Counted from the stretch's first letter, positions 38,362 through 53,282 are shown. The stretch is 64,000 nt of DNA from Octopus vulgaris (GCA_951406725.2 OX597814.1:76198001-76262000), one strand, 5' to 3'. Translations and numbers: made by a program. The notes: a model not told the origin generated them from the letters alone.

Positions 38362-39039
38362 ACTCTCTCTCTCTCTCTCCTGTTTCTTTCTTCTGCTGTC
38401 TGCTGCTTCAACATTACTATTCTGCTATTTTTCACCCCTATGCATCATTGGACATAGCCCCACCTTATCCACCATTCTTCAACACTCATCCCTTAACAGA
38501 TATTGTTTATTCATAATATTCACACATCCATTCACTCATTTCCAAACTCTTGCTTACCCATACACTCTTGCAATCTCTACACACCCACACTTCTGATTCC
38601 TCTGTCTCCACTCACTTCAATTCTCCTCATACTTTGAAGGTTCTCCCAGACACCTTGCCACTATTTTTTTGTCTCTTCTGAACTCCACCCCATCATCCCC
38701 ATCCTCTCTCCTAAAATGTGAGTTACCTTGTAGCTTCCTTAGAACAAGAAACCTGTTGCACCTGAGCCTCTTCCCTCATATTTTAACCCCTAATCTTTTG
38801 GCATAAAGCTGCCTTACTCTTTATCTGATATTAAACTTTTAATACTTTTTGATAGTTATATTTAATATTTAGAAAAAAAATAAATAAATAAATAAAAAAA
38901 TAGATAATAATAATAATAATAATAATATATATATATATATATATATATTTAAAAATTTATAGGTATAAATTATTAATTTAAATAATTTTTTAAAATTTTA
39001 ACTTTAATTTAAATATTTAAAATTTTGAGTTTTATATTT

Positions 39040-39290
39040 TACTCTTTACTCTTTTACTCTTTTACTTGTTTCAGTCATTTGACTGCGGCCATGCTGGAGC
39101 ACCGCCTTTAGTCGAGCAACTCCACCCCGGGACTTATTCTTTGTAAGCCCAGTACTTATTCTATCGGTCTGTTTTGCTGAACCACTAAGTGACGGGGACA
39201 TAAACACACCAGCATCGGTTGTCAAGCAATGCTAGGGGGACAAACACAGATACACACACACGCATATATATATATATACGACGGGCTTCT
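39040..39290 (-). mobile_element. tRNA-SINE 3' half (other partial copies at 48325-48620, 54285-54520, 60255-60470)
   Basis: ttttacttgtttcagtcatttgactgcggccatgctggagcaccgcc..., near-identical to 33066-33320. Confidence 0.85.
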
Positions 39291-40074
39291 TTTATATATT
39301 TTATATATTTATAAATTTTATATATTTTTTATTAATTAATTTTATTTCTATGTATTGGTTTATAATTTTCACTGTTTGATTTGCCTAATAGTGATTTTAT
39401 CTCTAATTTAATATAAAAAAAAAATATATATATATATATGATGATGATGATATATATATGTATATATTTGATGATATATATATGTATATATATATATTTA
39501 TGATGATATCATAATGACCAAATATAATTTTCATAATTTTGAAGAATGTCAGCAAATATATTTTTTATTCTGCTGATTATAACTGCATTTGCTGGGTGGA
39601 TTTGAAAAATTATAATGTATATAGATGGAACATGTGCTGTCTTCAATGTTCTGTGAATATATATTAATTGTAGCACCTGTGCTGAAGAGAACACAGATAG
39701 CAAATTATTTTATTTGTTCATTGATGTTCAAAACCTATTGAAAATGTTTTTATTTTTCATCCCCTTCGAAATTACTCTTAACCGTGGTTTGGGCTTTGAC
39801 TGCTCCTTTTAGCATGCAAGGTGTCCTGTTAGGCTCACCTCTTTTGTGTATAAATGTACACTAATTTTATATGAAAAATATGTTATCTATCGACTCTTTT
39901 ATGCATGCTAGCCACTGATTGAAAGATTCTCTAATTTTCCTACCCTATATATATTTTCTATATATATATATTGGTAAAAACGGTAAGATAACAAAAGAAA
40001 GAAAGAGACCTCAATATTATGTAAATAGAGGAAATGTATCTATAAAATAATATGTTACAATTACTCAATAGTCA

Positions 40075-40137
40075 AGATAAAACTCTGACTTTCAGATGCC
40101 GAAGTGGAAATCCACAACACCATCTCTTCGGTTATCT
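40075..40137 (-). ncRNA. Degenerate hammerhead-ribozyme-like motif (Penelope-like remnant)
   Basis: Minus strand: agataa-CCGAAGA-gatg[..]catc-t-GAAA-gtcagag-tt-ttatct; stems I and II pair, but the core has U to C and stem III is imperfect. Confidence 0.4.
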
Positions 40138-41137
40138 GGCCATCTGAAAAAACGCTATGAAAAAATACCGTTATATAAAGGGAAATTACTGTGTTATAAT
40201 TCTGCTACTTATATAAAATAAGATTAAATTTTCATAGTAAAACACGTAAACATGGCTAGTCATACGCTCACATGTGTACTTGCGGACCCACGTGCGTACT
40301 TATACATCACTATGAAAACGTACACATCTTCACTCGCATTTTTCGCCAAATATATACGCATATATATACAACCTCATACACACACACATGCGTACTGTAA
40401 AAGTTCATACATACATCTATATACGCACAATAATAATACACATTTATATATGATTATGATATCTATATATATATATCAATACAAGAAGATACTACAATGA
40501 TATATTAAGATATATTAAGATATATTAAATACCTTATAGTATGTTTGGCTAGCAATTAAAAACCAACAAGGGTTTAATAAATAAAAGGGTGCAAAATAGC
40601 ACCAGCGATTACTAAAAATAAGAGTCAAAAAAAAAAAAGGCAAGAGAAACAAAACCTTATTGGCTAAATTTTGAAATCATGTGGTAAAGCATCATCCAGC
40701 TATTTCTTTTGTGAGTCCATTTTGTGAGATCATTTTAGTTTGCTGTGCTTGCTCTCCATAAATGTAATTGAGGTTAGCGTCTTTTTGTGGTTCTCAGAGT
40801 TAATTTTTTTACTCTCATTTTTAGCAATCACTGGTGCTATTTTGCACGCTTCATATATATATATATATATATATATATAGGTAGGTCCCGGGTTGAGTCA
40901 GGGTTAACCACAGTAAATAAGGTACTCAATACATAGCAGAGTAAATTAATTTATTTTATAGAAGGAGCTTCTACAGGACTAGAACTGTTTCATTCAAATG
41001 AAATCATGAGGAAGCTTGCTGTCAAAATAAGTTCTGGCATTTTATACATTTAATGGGGTGGTGGTGGGGGACATTTTTTGGGTATGCAGGGCACAAACTG
41101 TCTTTCTTAGGGGAGTGGTCAAAAGAATCAGTGATAA

Positions 41138-41182
41138 TACAGACACACACATACATACATATAAATACACTAGCACATACAT

Positions 41183-41217
<35 letters not shown>

Positions 41218-41908
41218 TACATATATATAAAAATATACACATATATAGATATATATGTATGTATGTATATATGTATATGTGTGTATATGTATATGTGTAT
41301 ATGTGTGTGTGTATGTATTAATGTATGTGTGTGTGTTCACGAATATATATTTATGTGTAGGTATATGCATGTGTATATGTTTATGTATGTGTGTAAATGT
41401 AAATATAAATATATGTATGTATATATTTTTATATATATATAGATATAAATATGGGTATGGATATGAATATGAATATGAATATGGATATGGATATATATAT
41501 ATGTATGTGCTTATGTGCGTGTATCTATGTGTGTGTATGTATGTATGTATGGGTGTATATGTATATATATGTACGCATGTGTATATATATATATATATAT
41601 ATGTATATGTATGTGTATGCGTATGTGTATGTGTAAGTATAGGTATTTGCATGTATATATATTTATTATTTGTGTATGCATGTATGTATATGTGTATATG
41701 TATGTATGCTTGTATGTATTTATGTATATATAGATGCGCATATGTGTGTATGTGTATGCATGTGTATATACATATGTATATGTTTATGTATGCGTATGTG
41801 TATTTGCGTATATATATGTATATATGTGTATTTGTGTATATATATGTATATATATATATACGCTTGGATACTTGTGTGTGGGTGTATGTATGTATATATG
41901 TATATATT

Positions 41909-41945
<37 letters not shown>

Positions 41946-42114
41946 TATATATGTATGTGTATATATATGTATATATATATGTATGTGTATGTGTGTATAT
42001 GTATGGACTTGTAGACTTTTTTATATATGTATATATATATGTGTGTGTGTATGTGTGTAGATATGCGTATATGTATTTGTATGTGCATGTGCTTGTATAT
42101 ATATATGTGTATAT

Positions 42115-42173
<59 letters not shown>

Positions 42174-43204
42174 TGTATGGGTGTAGGTATACATATGTAT
42201 GTATACGTAGGTATATACGTATGTGTGTGTGTGTATGTATACATATATATATATATGGACTTGTAGATTTTTGTATGTGTTTATATGTATGTGTACATGT
42301 GTAGATATGTATATGTATGTACGTGTACGTATGTGCATGTATGTATGTATGTGTGTAGGTATGTATGTGCATGTATGTATTTATGTACACATGTATGCAT
42401 GCATGTGTGCATATATGTATTTATAAGCGTATGGATGCGTATATATGCGAATGTATGTTTATATGCACATATGTTTTTATATGAGCATATGTGTTTACAT
42501 ATGCGGGCAGATATTTATGTGTGTTTATGTGTACTGAAGTACGTTTATATAAGTGTGTTTGTGTGTACATAGTTATGTATACGTTTATGTGAAAGTGGGT
42601 ACATTTATGTATGTATGCATATGTGTACTTGTGTGTGTATATGTATGTGTGTATATATATATATATATATATGTGCATGTAGAGAGAGATATATATACAT
42701 ATGTATAAGTGGATGAGGAGGAAATGAGTGAGAGAACATGTGTGTTTGTGTATGTGTATGAGTGTGCGTGTGAGTGTGTGTGTGAGTATTTGCGTTTGTA
42801 TCCGTGGGTAAAGAGATAGAAAGGAAGGGAAAGGGGAGCGGTAGATGGATTTCATTTAGGCCTGCTGGAACCCTGGGGAGTTCTAGGAACTTTTGGCATT
42901 TGTCTACTCTAGCGCCACTAAATGTGTGTCGGTGGGTAGGTAGGTCATATATTATACCTTTTATGATTTTGAAGACGGTCAAGGGAAAATAAAAATAAAA
43001 ATAAAATAAGGGAGGAAGATGAGGAGAGAAAAAAAAAATATATATATATATATATGTGTGTGTGAGTGTATGGGTGTGTATATTTATATATATATGTGTA
43101 GATATGTGTGCGTGTGTTTGCGTGTTTGCATGTATGTGTATTTGTATATATGTGTGTATGTATATATATGTGTGTGTATGTATGTGTATGTGTATATTTT
43201 TATA

Positions 43205-43245
<41 letters not shown>

Positions 43246-43370
43246 ATGTATATATATATGTATGTGCTAGTGTATTTATATGTATGTATGTGTGTGTCTG
43301 TATGTATATACATGGGCATATGTATATGTATGTGTATGGATATTCGTATGTGTATGTATGTGGGTTTGTA
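41138..43370. repeat. Large compound microsatellite (TA/TG/TATG)
   Basis: Directly visible; produces the many Y/I/M/C/V ORFs in the track. Confidence 0.97.
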
Positions 43371-43647
43371 TGTATATTTATTTTATATGTTCTTTTATGT
43401 AGACTTATCTACTTCTTCCTTCCACTTAATAACAACAACAACAAACTGACTAAAAGTAATAGTCTTCTAATTTACCTAAAACTCTATTCAATTATTCTAT
43501 TTATTCATTTATTTACTTTATCACTGATTCTTTTGACCACTCCCCTAACAAAGACAGTTTGTGCCCTGCTTACCCAAAAAATGTCCCCCACCACCACCCC
43601 ATTAAATCTGCCTAAATGTATAAATGCCAGAACTTATTTTGACAGCA

Positions 43648-43698
43648 AGCTTCCTCATGATTTCATTTGAATGAAACAGTTCTAGTCCTGTAGAAGCT
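43648..43698 (+). ncRNA. Hammerhead-like motif, type I (inverted copy at 40966-41016)
   Basis: agcttc-CTCATGA-tttcatttgaat-GAAA-cag[ttctagtc]ctg-TA-gaagct; core CUGAUGA carries G to C. Confidence 0.55.
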
Positions 43699-43717
43699 CC
43701 TTCTATAAAATAAATAA

Positions 43718-43752
<35 letters not shown>

Positions 43753-43753
<1 letters not shown>

Positions 43754-45270
43754 AAGGCTACAGGAGTTCTGTGATGCAAGCAACCTATTAATCTGCAATA
43801 CCAGGAAGCCAGACAGCCACCTGATAACCTATTAATCAGATGACTCTGCTAGCCAGATTGATTTCATTCTCACCAGATAGCAGGATGCATAGTTGCTCTT
43901 AAATACAAAGACCCTCACTAGTGAAGAATGTACCCCCTAGTATAGACTGGTCATTAGTGACTTTAGACTCAAGGCCAGAAGGATGCCAAGAAGCAGACCA
44001 ATCCAGAAAAAAAGGATTTGGAAGCTAAAGAACCATTCACATGGTCAGAGATTTAGGGACATCCTCATTGAGAAATTTGGTAAGAGGGAGGAGGAGCTAC
44101 AGACTTGTGACATAGAGGGTAACTGGAAATTCCTATGTGACAGCTTACTGAGCACCACAGACCAAACCTACTGCTGGTGCAAAGTCTCTTCTAAACTTAG
44201 GGTAACATGGTGGTGGAATAATATGGTAGACAGGGCCATTAGAGCAATGAAACAGGCCTGGAAAACCTGGAAGAATGGGAGTAGCAGGGAACTGTACAAG
44301 ATAGCCAGAAGGGAGGCTGGGAGACAGGTATATATAGCCAAGGGAGAAGCAGAAAAGAAGTTTGCCAATGTTCAGTGACATGAGGACCAAAACACTGGAG
44401 TATTTCAGATTGCAACACAGTGTGTGAGAGAAAATTGTTATGTTACAGGAGAGAAATGTGTCCGCATGGATGCTGGTGCACTTGCTTTTAATGATTCTAC
44501 AAAGAAAGAGGCTTGGAGATGCCATTATGAAAGGTTGCTGAATATCGAGAATAAATGGTAGAAGGAGAGCCTGCCAAATGTTGACCCAGTTGGGGGACCA
44601 GCTATCCGATTTGATAGAACCTGGTAGATAAAGCAATTAAGGATATGAAGTTAGGAAACCCCCCAGCTCATCAAGAATCACTGCTGAGATGCTTAAAACA
44701 CCTGGTGGTGTGGGTTATGGTCTAGTCACCTGTATTGTAAATCAGGTGGTTCACGAAGGAGTCATACTCAATGATTGGCGTAGCAGCACCATAGTCAACT
44801 GCTACAAAGGTAAAGGTGATGCTTTAGATAGAAATAACTACAGGGGTATCAAACTGCTGGATTGGGTGATGAAGATCATGGAGAGAGTCATAGCCCAATG
44901 GGAGAGAGCCAGCCTAGATGAGATGCAGTTTCATTTTGTGTCAGGTAGAAGCACCACTATATTTCTGGTAAGGCAACTGCAGAAGAAATATCTAGCCAAA
45001 GATAAACCCCCTATACTTGGGTTTTGTTGACTTGGAGAAGGCCTTTGACAGGGTCCTCTGATCCCTTATCTGGTGGGCAATGCAGAAACTAGGGATAGAC
45101 AAGCTGTTAGTAAGAGCTGTACAGGGATGCTGTCAGTAAGATACGGGTCAGCAGCAAGTATAGTGAAGAATTCTGGGTAGAAGTAGGGGGTTCACCAATG
45201 ATCAGTCCTCAGCCCCCTCTTATCAAGTCCTCCAGGTAATAACAGAAGAATTCAAGACAAGCTACCACTG
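43753..45270 (+). mobile_element. Degenerate RTE LINE ORF (end of APE endonuclease to RT)
   Basis: QIDFILTR...YRLVISDF; TWWWNNMV; DWRSSTIVNCYKGKGDALDRNNYRGIKLL; FVDLEKAFDRV; VHQ*SVLSPLL; many stops and frameshifts. Confidence 0.92.
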
Positions 45271-45659
45271 CATGCATTGCCAGAATTAGAATAGATGTGC
45301 AGGTGCTATGGTTTATTTCCCTTGAGTGTTTAAAAAAATTGTGCAGGTGGTATGGGTTATTTCTCTTGGGTTTAAAAAAAAAATTAGATATAAAGATCCC
45401 TTCCAGGGGCCGTATTGTCGATAATTCAACAATCTAAGTATGTCACAAGGTTTCCAGACATGATTTCTATTCATATGTCAAGTTTCATGAAAATCAATAA
45501 AACAATATAGGAAGAGTTAGCTAACAACACCACAAACAAACACACACCGATTTTCCACATATGTAGTAATGACAACATATATATATATATATATTCCTCT
45601 AGTTTCAGCTCAGGGCTGTGGCCATGCTGGGACACTGCCATTTTGCTACACTGTTATTA

Positions 45660-46405
45660 TTGAGAGCCTCCTTTAATATGTGGCATTTGGTGAATAAGGG
45701 AGTTTGATGTTGCTAACTTCATTTGCACCTCTTGCTGCGAGGTAAATTCATCTGGTACTCCCGACAGGAAGAGAGTCCAGTTTTGATTTGAAAACACCTA
45801 CATCCACTTTGTGTAGGTCCTTCAGGCTCTTTGGGAGAATATTAAAAAGCTGTAGGCCCCTGAAACCCAGTAACTGGTTCTGAAGCACTATGGCATTGCT
45901 GGGATCTTTGGCACAGTGCAGTGTCGACCCGTTCTGGCATTGGTGTAGCTTTCAATGTAGCTTTCCTCAGGTGACTGAGGAAGATTGTCCTCCAGAGGAC
46001 CGTCATGGTTTCCTTCTCTCTGGTTCTGAACATTCTCAGGATCCATTCAGCCAGTCATCTGCACTTTGTCACCATCCTGGTAATGTGCACTTTGAAAGAT
46101 GTATCATCACTCATGTCAATACCCAGCTACCTCATTGATTTAGGCTCTGGGATTGTAGTCCACTGTGGGCTAGTCTACCTTGTAAGTTTTATATTCAATT
46201 TTGGATGATGGTACTGCAGAGCTTGGAATTTTTGTGCATTAAACTGCATATTATTATTCTCAGCCCATCTATAAATTGAGTTCAACTCTTGCTTCAAACG
46301 TGCAGCATCGTTTTTTCTGCAAGACTTTCATATCATCTGCGTAGCTAGCAAGAATGGCTATCCCAGCAGTTGAAGGCCACTATGAAAAGCAGTGGTCCCA
46401 AGACA
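45660..46405 (-). mobile_element. CR1/L2-like LINE RT fragment
   Basis: Minus strand: SYADDMKV ... ELNSIYRWAENNNMQFNAQKFQAL ... LGIDMSDDTSFKVHI ... WILRMFRTREKETM. Confidence 0.8.
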
Positions 46406-46410
46406 GGTTG

Positions 46411-48180
<1,770 letters not shown>

Positions 48181-48182
48181 AT

Positions 48183-48267
<85 letters not shown>

Positions 48268-48679
48268 TGTGTGTGTACTAGCAGAGATACCAAACCTTGC
48301 TTGGGATTAAAATGGCATAGTTTTTATTGTTTTACTTGTTTCATTCATGTGACCACGGCCATGCTGGAGCACCACCATTGGTCAAACAAATTGACCACAG
48401 GATTTATTCTTTGTAAGCCTAGTAGTTATTTTATCAGTGTCTTTTACCGAACCTCTAGGTTATGGGAATGTAAGCACAACAACATTGGTTGTCAAGCAAT
48501 GGTAGGGGTACAAACACAGGCACCCCACCACACACAAACATACAAATATAAACGACAGTCTTCTTTCAGTTTCTGCGTATGAAATCTACTCACAAGGCTT
48601 TGATTGGCCTGAGGCTATAATATATATATATATATATATTTATATTCATATATATATATATCTGTATATATATCCATAC

Positions 48680-48906
48680 ATATTACAGAGATATACTTGC
48701 ATAGCAAGTGACTTGATCTGAAATCATGTGCTGGAACGAAAACAATTGCAGCATGGAAGGTGTTTATAAGCCACTTAAGAAACACACAAAACCGTTAGAT
48801 TCACTTCAACATTTAAATTTAATTTGTCAAAATATTTTCGTCTAACGGTTTCTTAAATGGCTTATAAACACCTTCCACGCTGCAATTGTAGCCATATATA
48901 TATATA

Positions 48907-48950
<44 letters not shown>

Positions 48951-50391
48951 TGAGAGAGTTAGTGTGTGAAAGCACGTGGTTGGATGTATAAAAAATAAAA
49001 AAAGAGTGAAAAAAACTGCAGAAGGCTTGTGTGATGAGGTTAAAGAATATATTTAAGTTGTTATGTTAGAAACAAATGTTATAAAATCTCGTGTATAGTA
49101 ACATAGTTTTTGGAGAAATAACCGGTTTCATATAGTCTTTTCAATACATATAGTCTTTTCAGTACAGTAATTCAAGATTTTAAATTTGAGAGTGCTGTAA
49201 AATTAAACATACTTATCTGACCAGGCAACATCAGACAATGTATATCCAATGACCAGTACTTCCGAATTCAAACAGACGAATGAGATCTCGTATTCCTCCT
49301 CATTCACCCATGTGTGCTAGTGAGTAAAATTCCACAGAAAATTGCAGTTTAGTATCAGGAAGAGAATTATATTATGAATAATAATAAAGGGTAAAATTAA
49401 TTAATTAATAAATAATTTATAATTTTACCAAGTAGTTCGGTATGTTAAAAGAACCATTAATGGTAAACTTATGCAAAAATTCTATAATTATGAGTATAAT
49501 TATAATTAGGATTCAGCAAAAATTTGCTTCACCAAGTATGTTTAATTTTTCAGTGCGCTCAAATTTAAAATCTTGAATTACTGTACTGAAGAGGAGAATG
49601 GGAGAGTAGAAATATGATTTTATATTTTTCACATCTCTCTAACTCCAAAACGCATATACAGTTAATCAAAGTCGGGTGGATTCATTATTTTTTTCTCTTT
49701 ACCTGTGGGAGTTGTTGAGTATTGCTCTCTGGGAGATTTTCTTAAAGTAGGGAAATAGTAGTTTAACTCCTATTTCTAAATTTCAGTATGTGGTGAAGCA
49801 AATATTTGCTGAACCCTAATTATAATTATACTCATAATTATAGAAATTTTGTATAAGTTTACCAATAATGGTTCTTGAAACATACCAAACTACTTGGTAA
49901 AATTATTAATTATTAATTAATTAATTAATTTTACCCTTTATTATTATTGATGATATATATATATATGTGTGAAATATTTTATAATTATATACATAATAAT
50001 GACAAGGGGTCAGCTTTCTGCCTCACCATGCACTGTAAGAAATAGACACTATAGTCCTTTTTACTACCTTAAAATCTCCAAGAATAACATATTTTATTGT
50101 AGGCAAGCAAAAGGAAAATAATGAATCATAACCAGCCTTATAAACTCATAATTTTTCTTTTGCTTGCCTCTAATAAAGTGTGTTATTCTGGGATATTTTA
50201 AGGTAGTAAAAAGGACTTTGGCGTCTATTCCTTATGGTGCATGGTGAGACATAAAGCCAAACCCTTGTTATAATTACGTATATAAGTATAAAATATTTCA
50301 TAAAATTTACCTATAAGATTTTTATTTCCACACTGGCTACATGGTAAAATTATTACTGGTTTTATCCTTTATAATTAAAATTTATATATAT

Positions 50392-50400
<9 letters not shown>
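48680..50400. repeat. Cluster of fold-back Penelope-like remnants between (TA)n arrays
   Basis: IR pairs 48742-48799/48841-48889; 49155-49215/49534-49592; 49376-49533/49791-49948; 49970-50126/50145-50300. Confidence 0.8.
49580..49662 (+). ncRNA. Hammerhead-like motif, type I minimal, CpG-decayed
   Basis: actgta-CTGAAGA-ggag[..]ctcc-AAAA-cgca-TA-tacagt; restoring two CpG G residues gives GAAA-CGCG-UA. Confidence 0.6.
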
Positions 50401-50428
<28 letters not shown>

Positions 50429-51016
50429 TATAAAGATGGAACAAAAAATGCAACAGAGGACAATAAAACATTTGGACAGATAGGCGATACAAAGGCAGAC
50501 AAGAGAAACAACAATTAGAAGGACAGGCAAAAAAAAAGATGGGTCATTTGTTGCCTTCTTTCCTCAGTCAAGTATCAGAACTCACGACCATTTCAGGCAG
50601 TTACGCTTGAGATGGTTTGATCTGGTTGCTCCCAAAAAAGTTTAAGCTAAGAGCATTAGACCCCTTTGTTAGAAAGCTAGCAAATGTTTACGGCAACAAA
50701 TACATAGAACGGAGAACATGGTACACAAAAAGACGAAAAACGGAGAACATGGTAGACAATTACAAATGCAAACAACAAGAAAATAACAACAGGTGTCTTT
50801 CGACTGAGAATGAATCCAATTGAGCTGGCGTGTATGAAGTGAAAGCAAAAAGGCAGGAACATAGGAAATGGACATAAGAGGTGTTGGCAGTCGGCACTCG
50901 GGCCAAGAAAGAAAGATCATGGCTGGCTAGACACCAGTCACATGGAAGGAGGAAACATGGGTAGGGGGCAGCAGGATTGAAGGATTAGAAAAAAAAGATA
51001 TACATATACACACACA

Positions 51017-51310
51017 CTCGTGGCCGATGCCAGCACCGCCTCGACTGGCTTCCGTGCCGGTGGCACATAAAATACACCAATCCGACCGTGGACGTTGCCA
51101 GCCTCGCCTGGCACCTGTGCAGGTGGCACGTAAAAAGCACCCACTACACTCACGGAGTGGTTGGCGTTAGGAAGGGCATCCAGCTGTAGAAACATTGCCA
51201 GATTAGACTGGAGCCTGGTGCAGCCTTCTAGCTTCCCAGAACCCCAGTCGAACCGTCCAACCCATGCTAGCATGGAGAACGGATGTTAAACGATGATGAT
51301 GATGATGATG
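51017..51310 (+). mobile_element. RTE 3'-end element with (GAT)n tail (similar at 54000-54263, 55310-55578, 60520-60892)
   Basis: Near-identical to 47890-48180. Confidence 0.9.
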
Positions 51311-51421
51311 ACACACACACACACACACATATATATTTAGACATTGATTTTATAAATTACAATATTACTCCTCTTATAACTTTCTCATACCTCTGTTTAT
51401 ATTTTATTTAATATGAATAAT

Positions 51422-51840
51422 AGGCGCAGGAGTGGCTGTGTGGTAAGTAGCTTGTTTACCAACCACATGGTTCCGGGTTCAGTCCCACTGCGTGGCACCT
51501 TGGGTAAGTGTCTTCTACTATAGCCTCGGGCCGACCAAAGCCTTGTGAGTGGATTTGGTAGACGGAAACTGAAAGAAGCCCGTCGTATGTATGTATATAT
51601 ATATATGCATGTGTGTGTTTGTGTGTCTGTGTTTGTCCCCCTAGCATTGCTTGACAACCGATGCTGGTGTGTTTATGTCCCCGTTACTTAGTGGTTCGGC
51701 AAAAGAGACCGATAGAATAAGTACTGGGCTTACAAAAGAATAAGTCCCGGGGTCGAGTTGCTCGATTAAAGGCGGTGCTCCAGCATGGCCACAGTCAAAT
51801 GACTGAAACTAATAAAAGAAAGAAAGAAAGAAAGAAAGAA
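51422..51840 (+). mobile_element. Full-length tRNA-derived SINE (octopus OK/OR-type)
   Basis: A box TGGCTGTGTGG (51433-51443), B box GGTTCAGTCC (51476-51485), core, internal microsatellite, (AAAG)n tail. Confidence 0.92.
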
Positions 51841-52025
51841 TATAATGCATGTCATAATAATAGTAATAATTGATTCATTTGTATGCATATACATGCAAAT
51901 ATGCATGTACATTTAAGTGTAAGTATATGTATTTATGTATATTTATGTATATGTATGTATATGTAAAAGTATGTATATATGTGTATGTATTTATATTTAT
52001 TACTTCACCTTATGTACTTTCTAAA

Positions 52026-52149
52026 ATCTCTGATGAAGCCTAGAGCAACACCCAAGTATCTCAGTTTCAACTACTAATTACTTCAGTCCACTGGGGAGAT
52101 AAAGGGAGAATGAGGTATTTCTGCCTCTTGGCTGAAGCAGCTGTAAGAT
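52026..52149 (+). ncRNA. Hammerhead-like motif, type I, with palindromic stem III (C-AGCT-G)
   Basis: atct-CTGATGA-agcc(tagagca...tgcctctt)ggct-GAAG-cagctg-TA-agat; only core deviation is GAAA to GAAG. Confidence 0.65.
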
Positions 52150-52367
52150 ATTATCCCAATTTCTATTGCTATATGTTATATATTTCAATAATTACTGATA
52201 TTTTTATATTTTATATATTATATATGTAAAGCATAATATGTTATACATGTATGTATATTGTTATAATTGTCCTTTTAGCAAATAAATAAATAAATTGACA
52301 TAATATAATGTCTAAAAGTTGATGGATACCACCTATTGATCCCCTCCATTTTCTTATTGCTCTACAT

Positions 52368-52419
<52 letters not shown>

Positions 52420-52427
<8 letters not shown>

Positions 52428-52680
52428 CTGAGAATGTGTGTCTGTCTGTGTGTTTCCCTAAAACTTGAGAACTACACAACCAATTTCATTCATATTTTAC
52501 ACATGCCTTACTTAGGGTCCATGTAGTTTCATGGGCAAAAAAAAATGTTCAACTTCTTGCCTAGGGCGAGCCCATAGCAATATCATATCTTCTCCACTAT
52601 TTCAGTATCACGTGTTAAAAGTGAAACAAAAACATTTCTCTATTTTATGTCAGATATTTTCACATTAACAATAAAAATAA
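52420..52680 (+). mobile_element. Helentron/DINE-like element 5' part (inverted copy at 56285-56530)
   Basis: tatataaaaaactgagaatgtgtgtctgtctg...cttacttagggtccatg...gtgaaaca shared by both copies. Confidence 0.6.
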
Positions 52681-53282
52681 TAATAACAATTGAATTATAT
52701 GTAGTAAGTAATAATTAAAATCAAACTAAAGTAACATGACAAAAGTAAAAATAGCAATTGGTATAAAATTGCATCAATGACTTGAACTTGAATAAGTGGT
52801 TTCACATGAATGGGAATAAATTAAAGATAAAATTAGTGTGCAGAAATAGAATAGTCCAGATGGAGCTGTGCACATACCCTTTACCACGGCTTTTACATTA
52901 GATTATCTGCTAATTAGCTAGCATTAAGTATCTATATGAAGTTTGGCTGTATGTAATGTCTGTTTTCTCAAACAGCCGCTTCTACTGAGTACTGCTGTTG
53001 GTTTATTTCTTATACATAAAGGACTATAGCTTCAATTGTGTACTGCTTTTTGATTCACCGTAAAGTTTGTTATTATTATTATTACTGTTTAACTATTGTT
53101 ATCATGTTTGCTGGTTCCTCGTAAGGGAAATGTTGTTGCGTTGCTTTTGTTAAATAATTGTAAACCGTAATCCTCCCCCTTTGGGAGAAGGAACTTTGGT
53201 TATTGTTTAAAAATTGAATTGTTTCCCTCTTTGGGGAAATTGACAATATTTTCACCGTTTATACAGAAGCATTTTTATTAAA

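Larger units (their letters stand above)
40878..43720. mobile_element. Inverted pair of Penelope-like pLTR remnants (40950-41137 / 43518-43714) around a ~2.3-kb degenerate (TA/TG)n array
   Basis: Arms are near-perfect reverse complements, each with the same hammerhead-like motif; flanked by (TA)n. Confidence 0.7.

Noticed and set aside
39509-39703. Minus-strand acceptor (ctcttcag) followed by a short open frame, a possible terminal exon
   Set aside because: No recognisable protein similarity and no partner exons that I could link.
41022-43670. Many 60-229 aa ORFs rich in Y/I/M/C/V/H/T (also at 26740-27300, 35250-35642, 55413-55988, 58595-59116)
   Set aside because: Translations of (TA)n/(TG)n/(CA)n microsatellites, which lack stop codons; not genes.
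50420-50940. Possible further hammerhead (ctgagga... on the minus strand) in a repeat fragment
   Set aside because: I could not assemble a GAAA core with paired stems.
51423-51495. tRNA-like sequence with A and B boxes (also ~33395-33468)
   Set aside because: It is the head of a SINE, continuous with the SINE core and tail; no complete cloverleaf.
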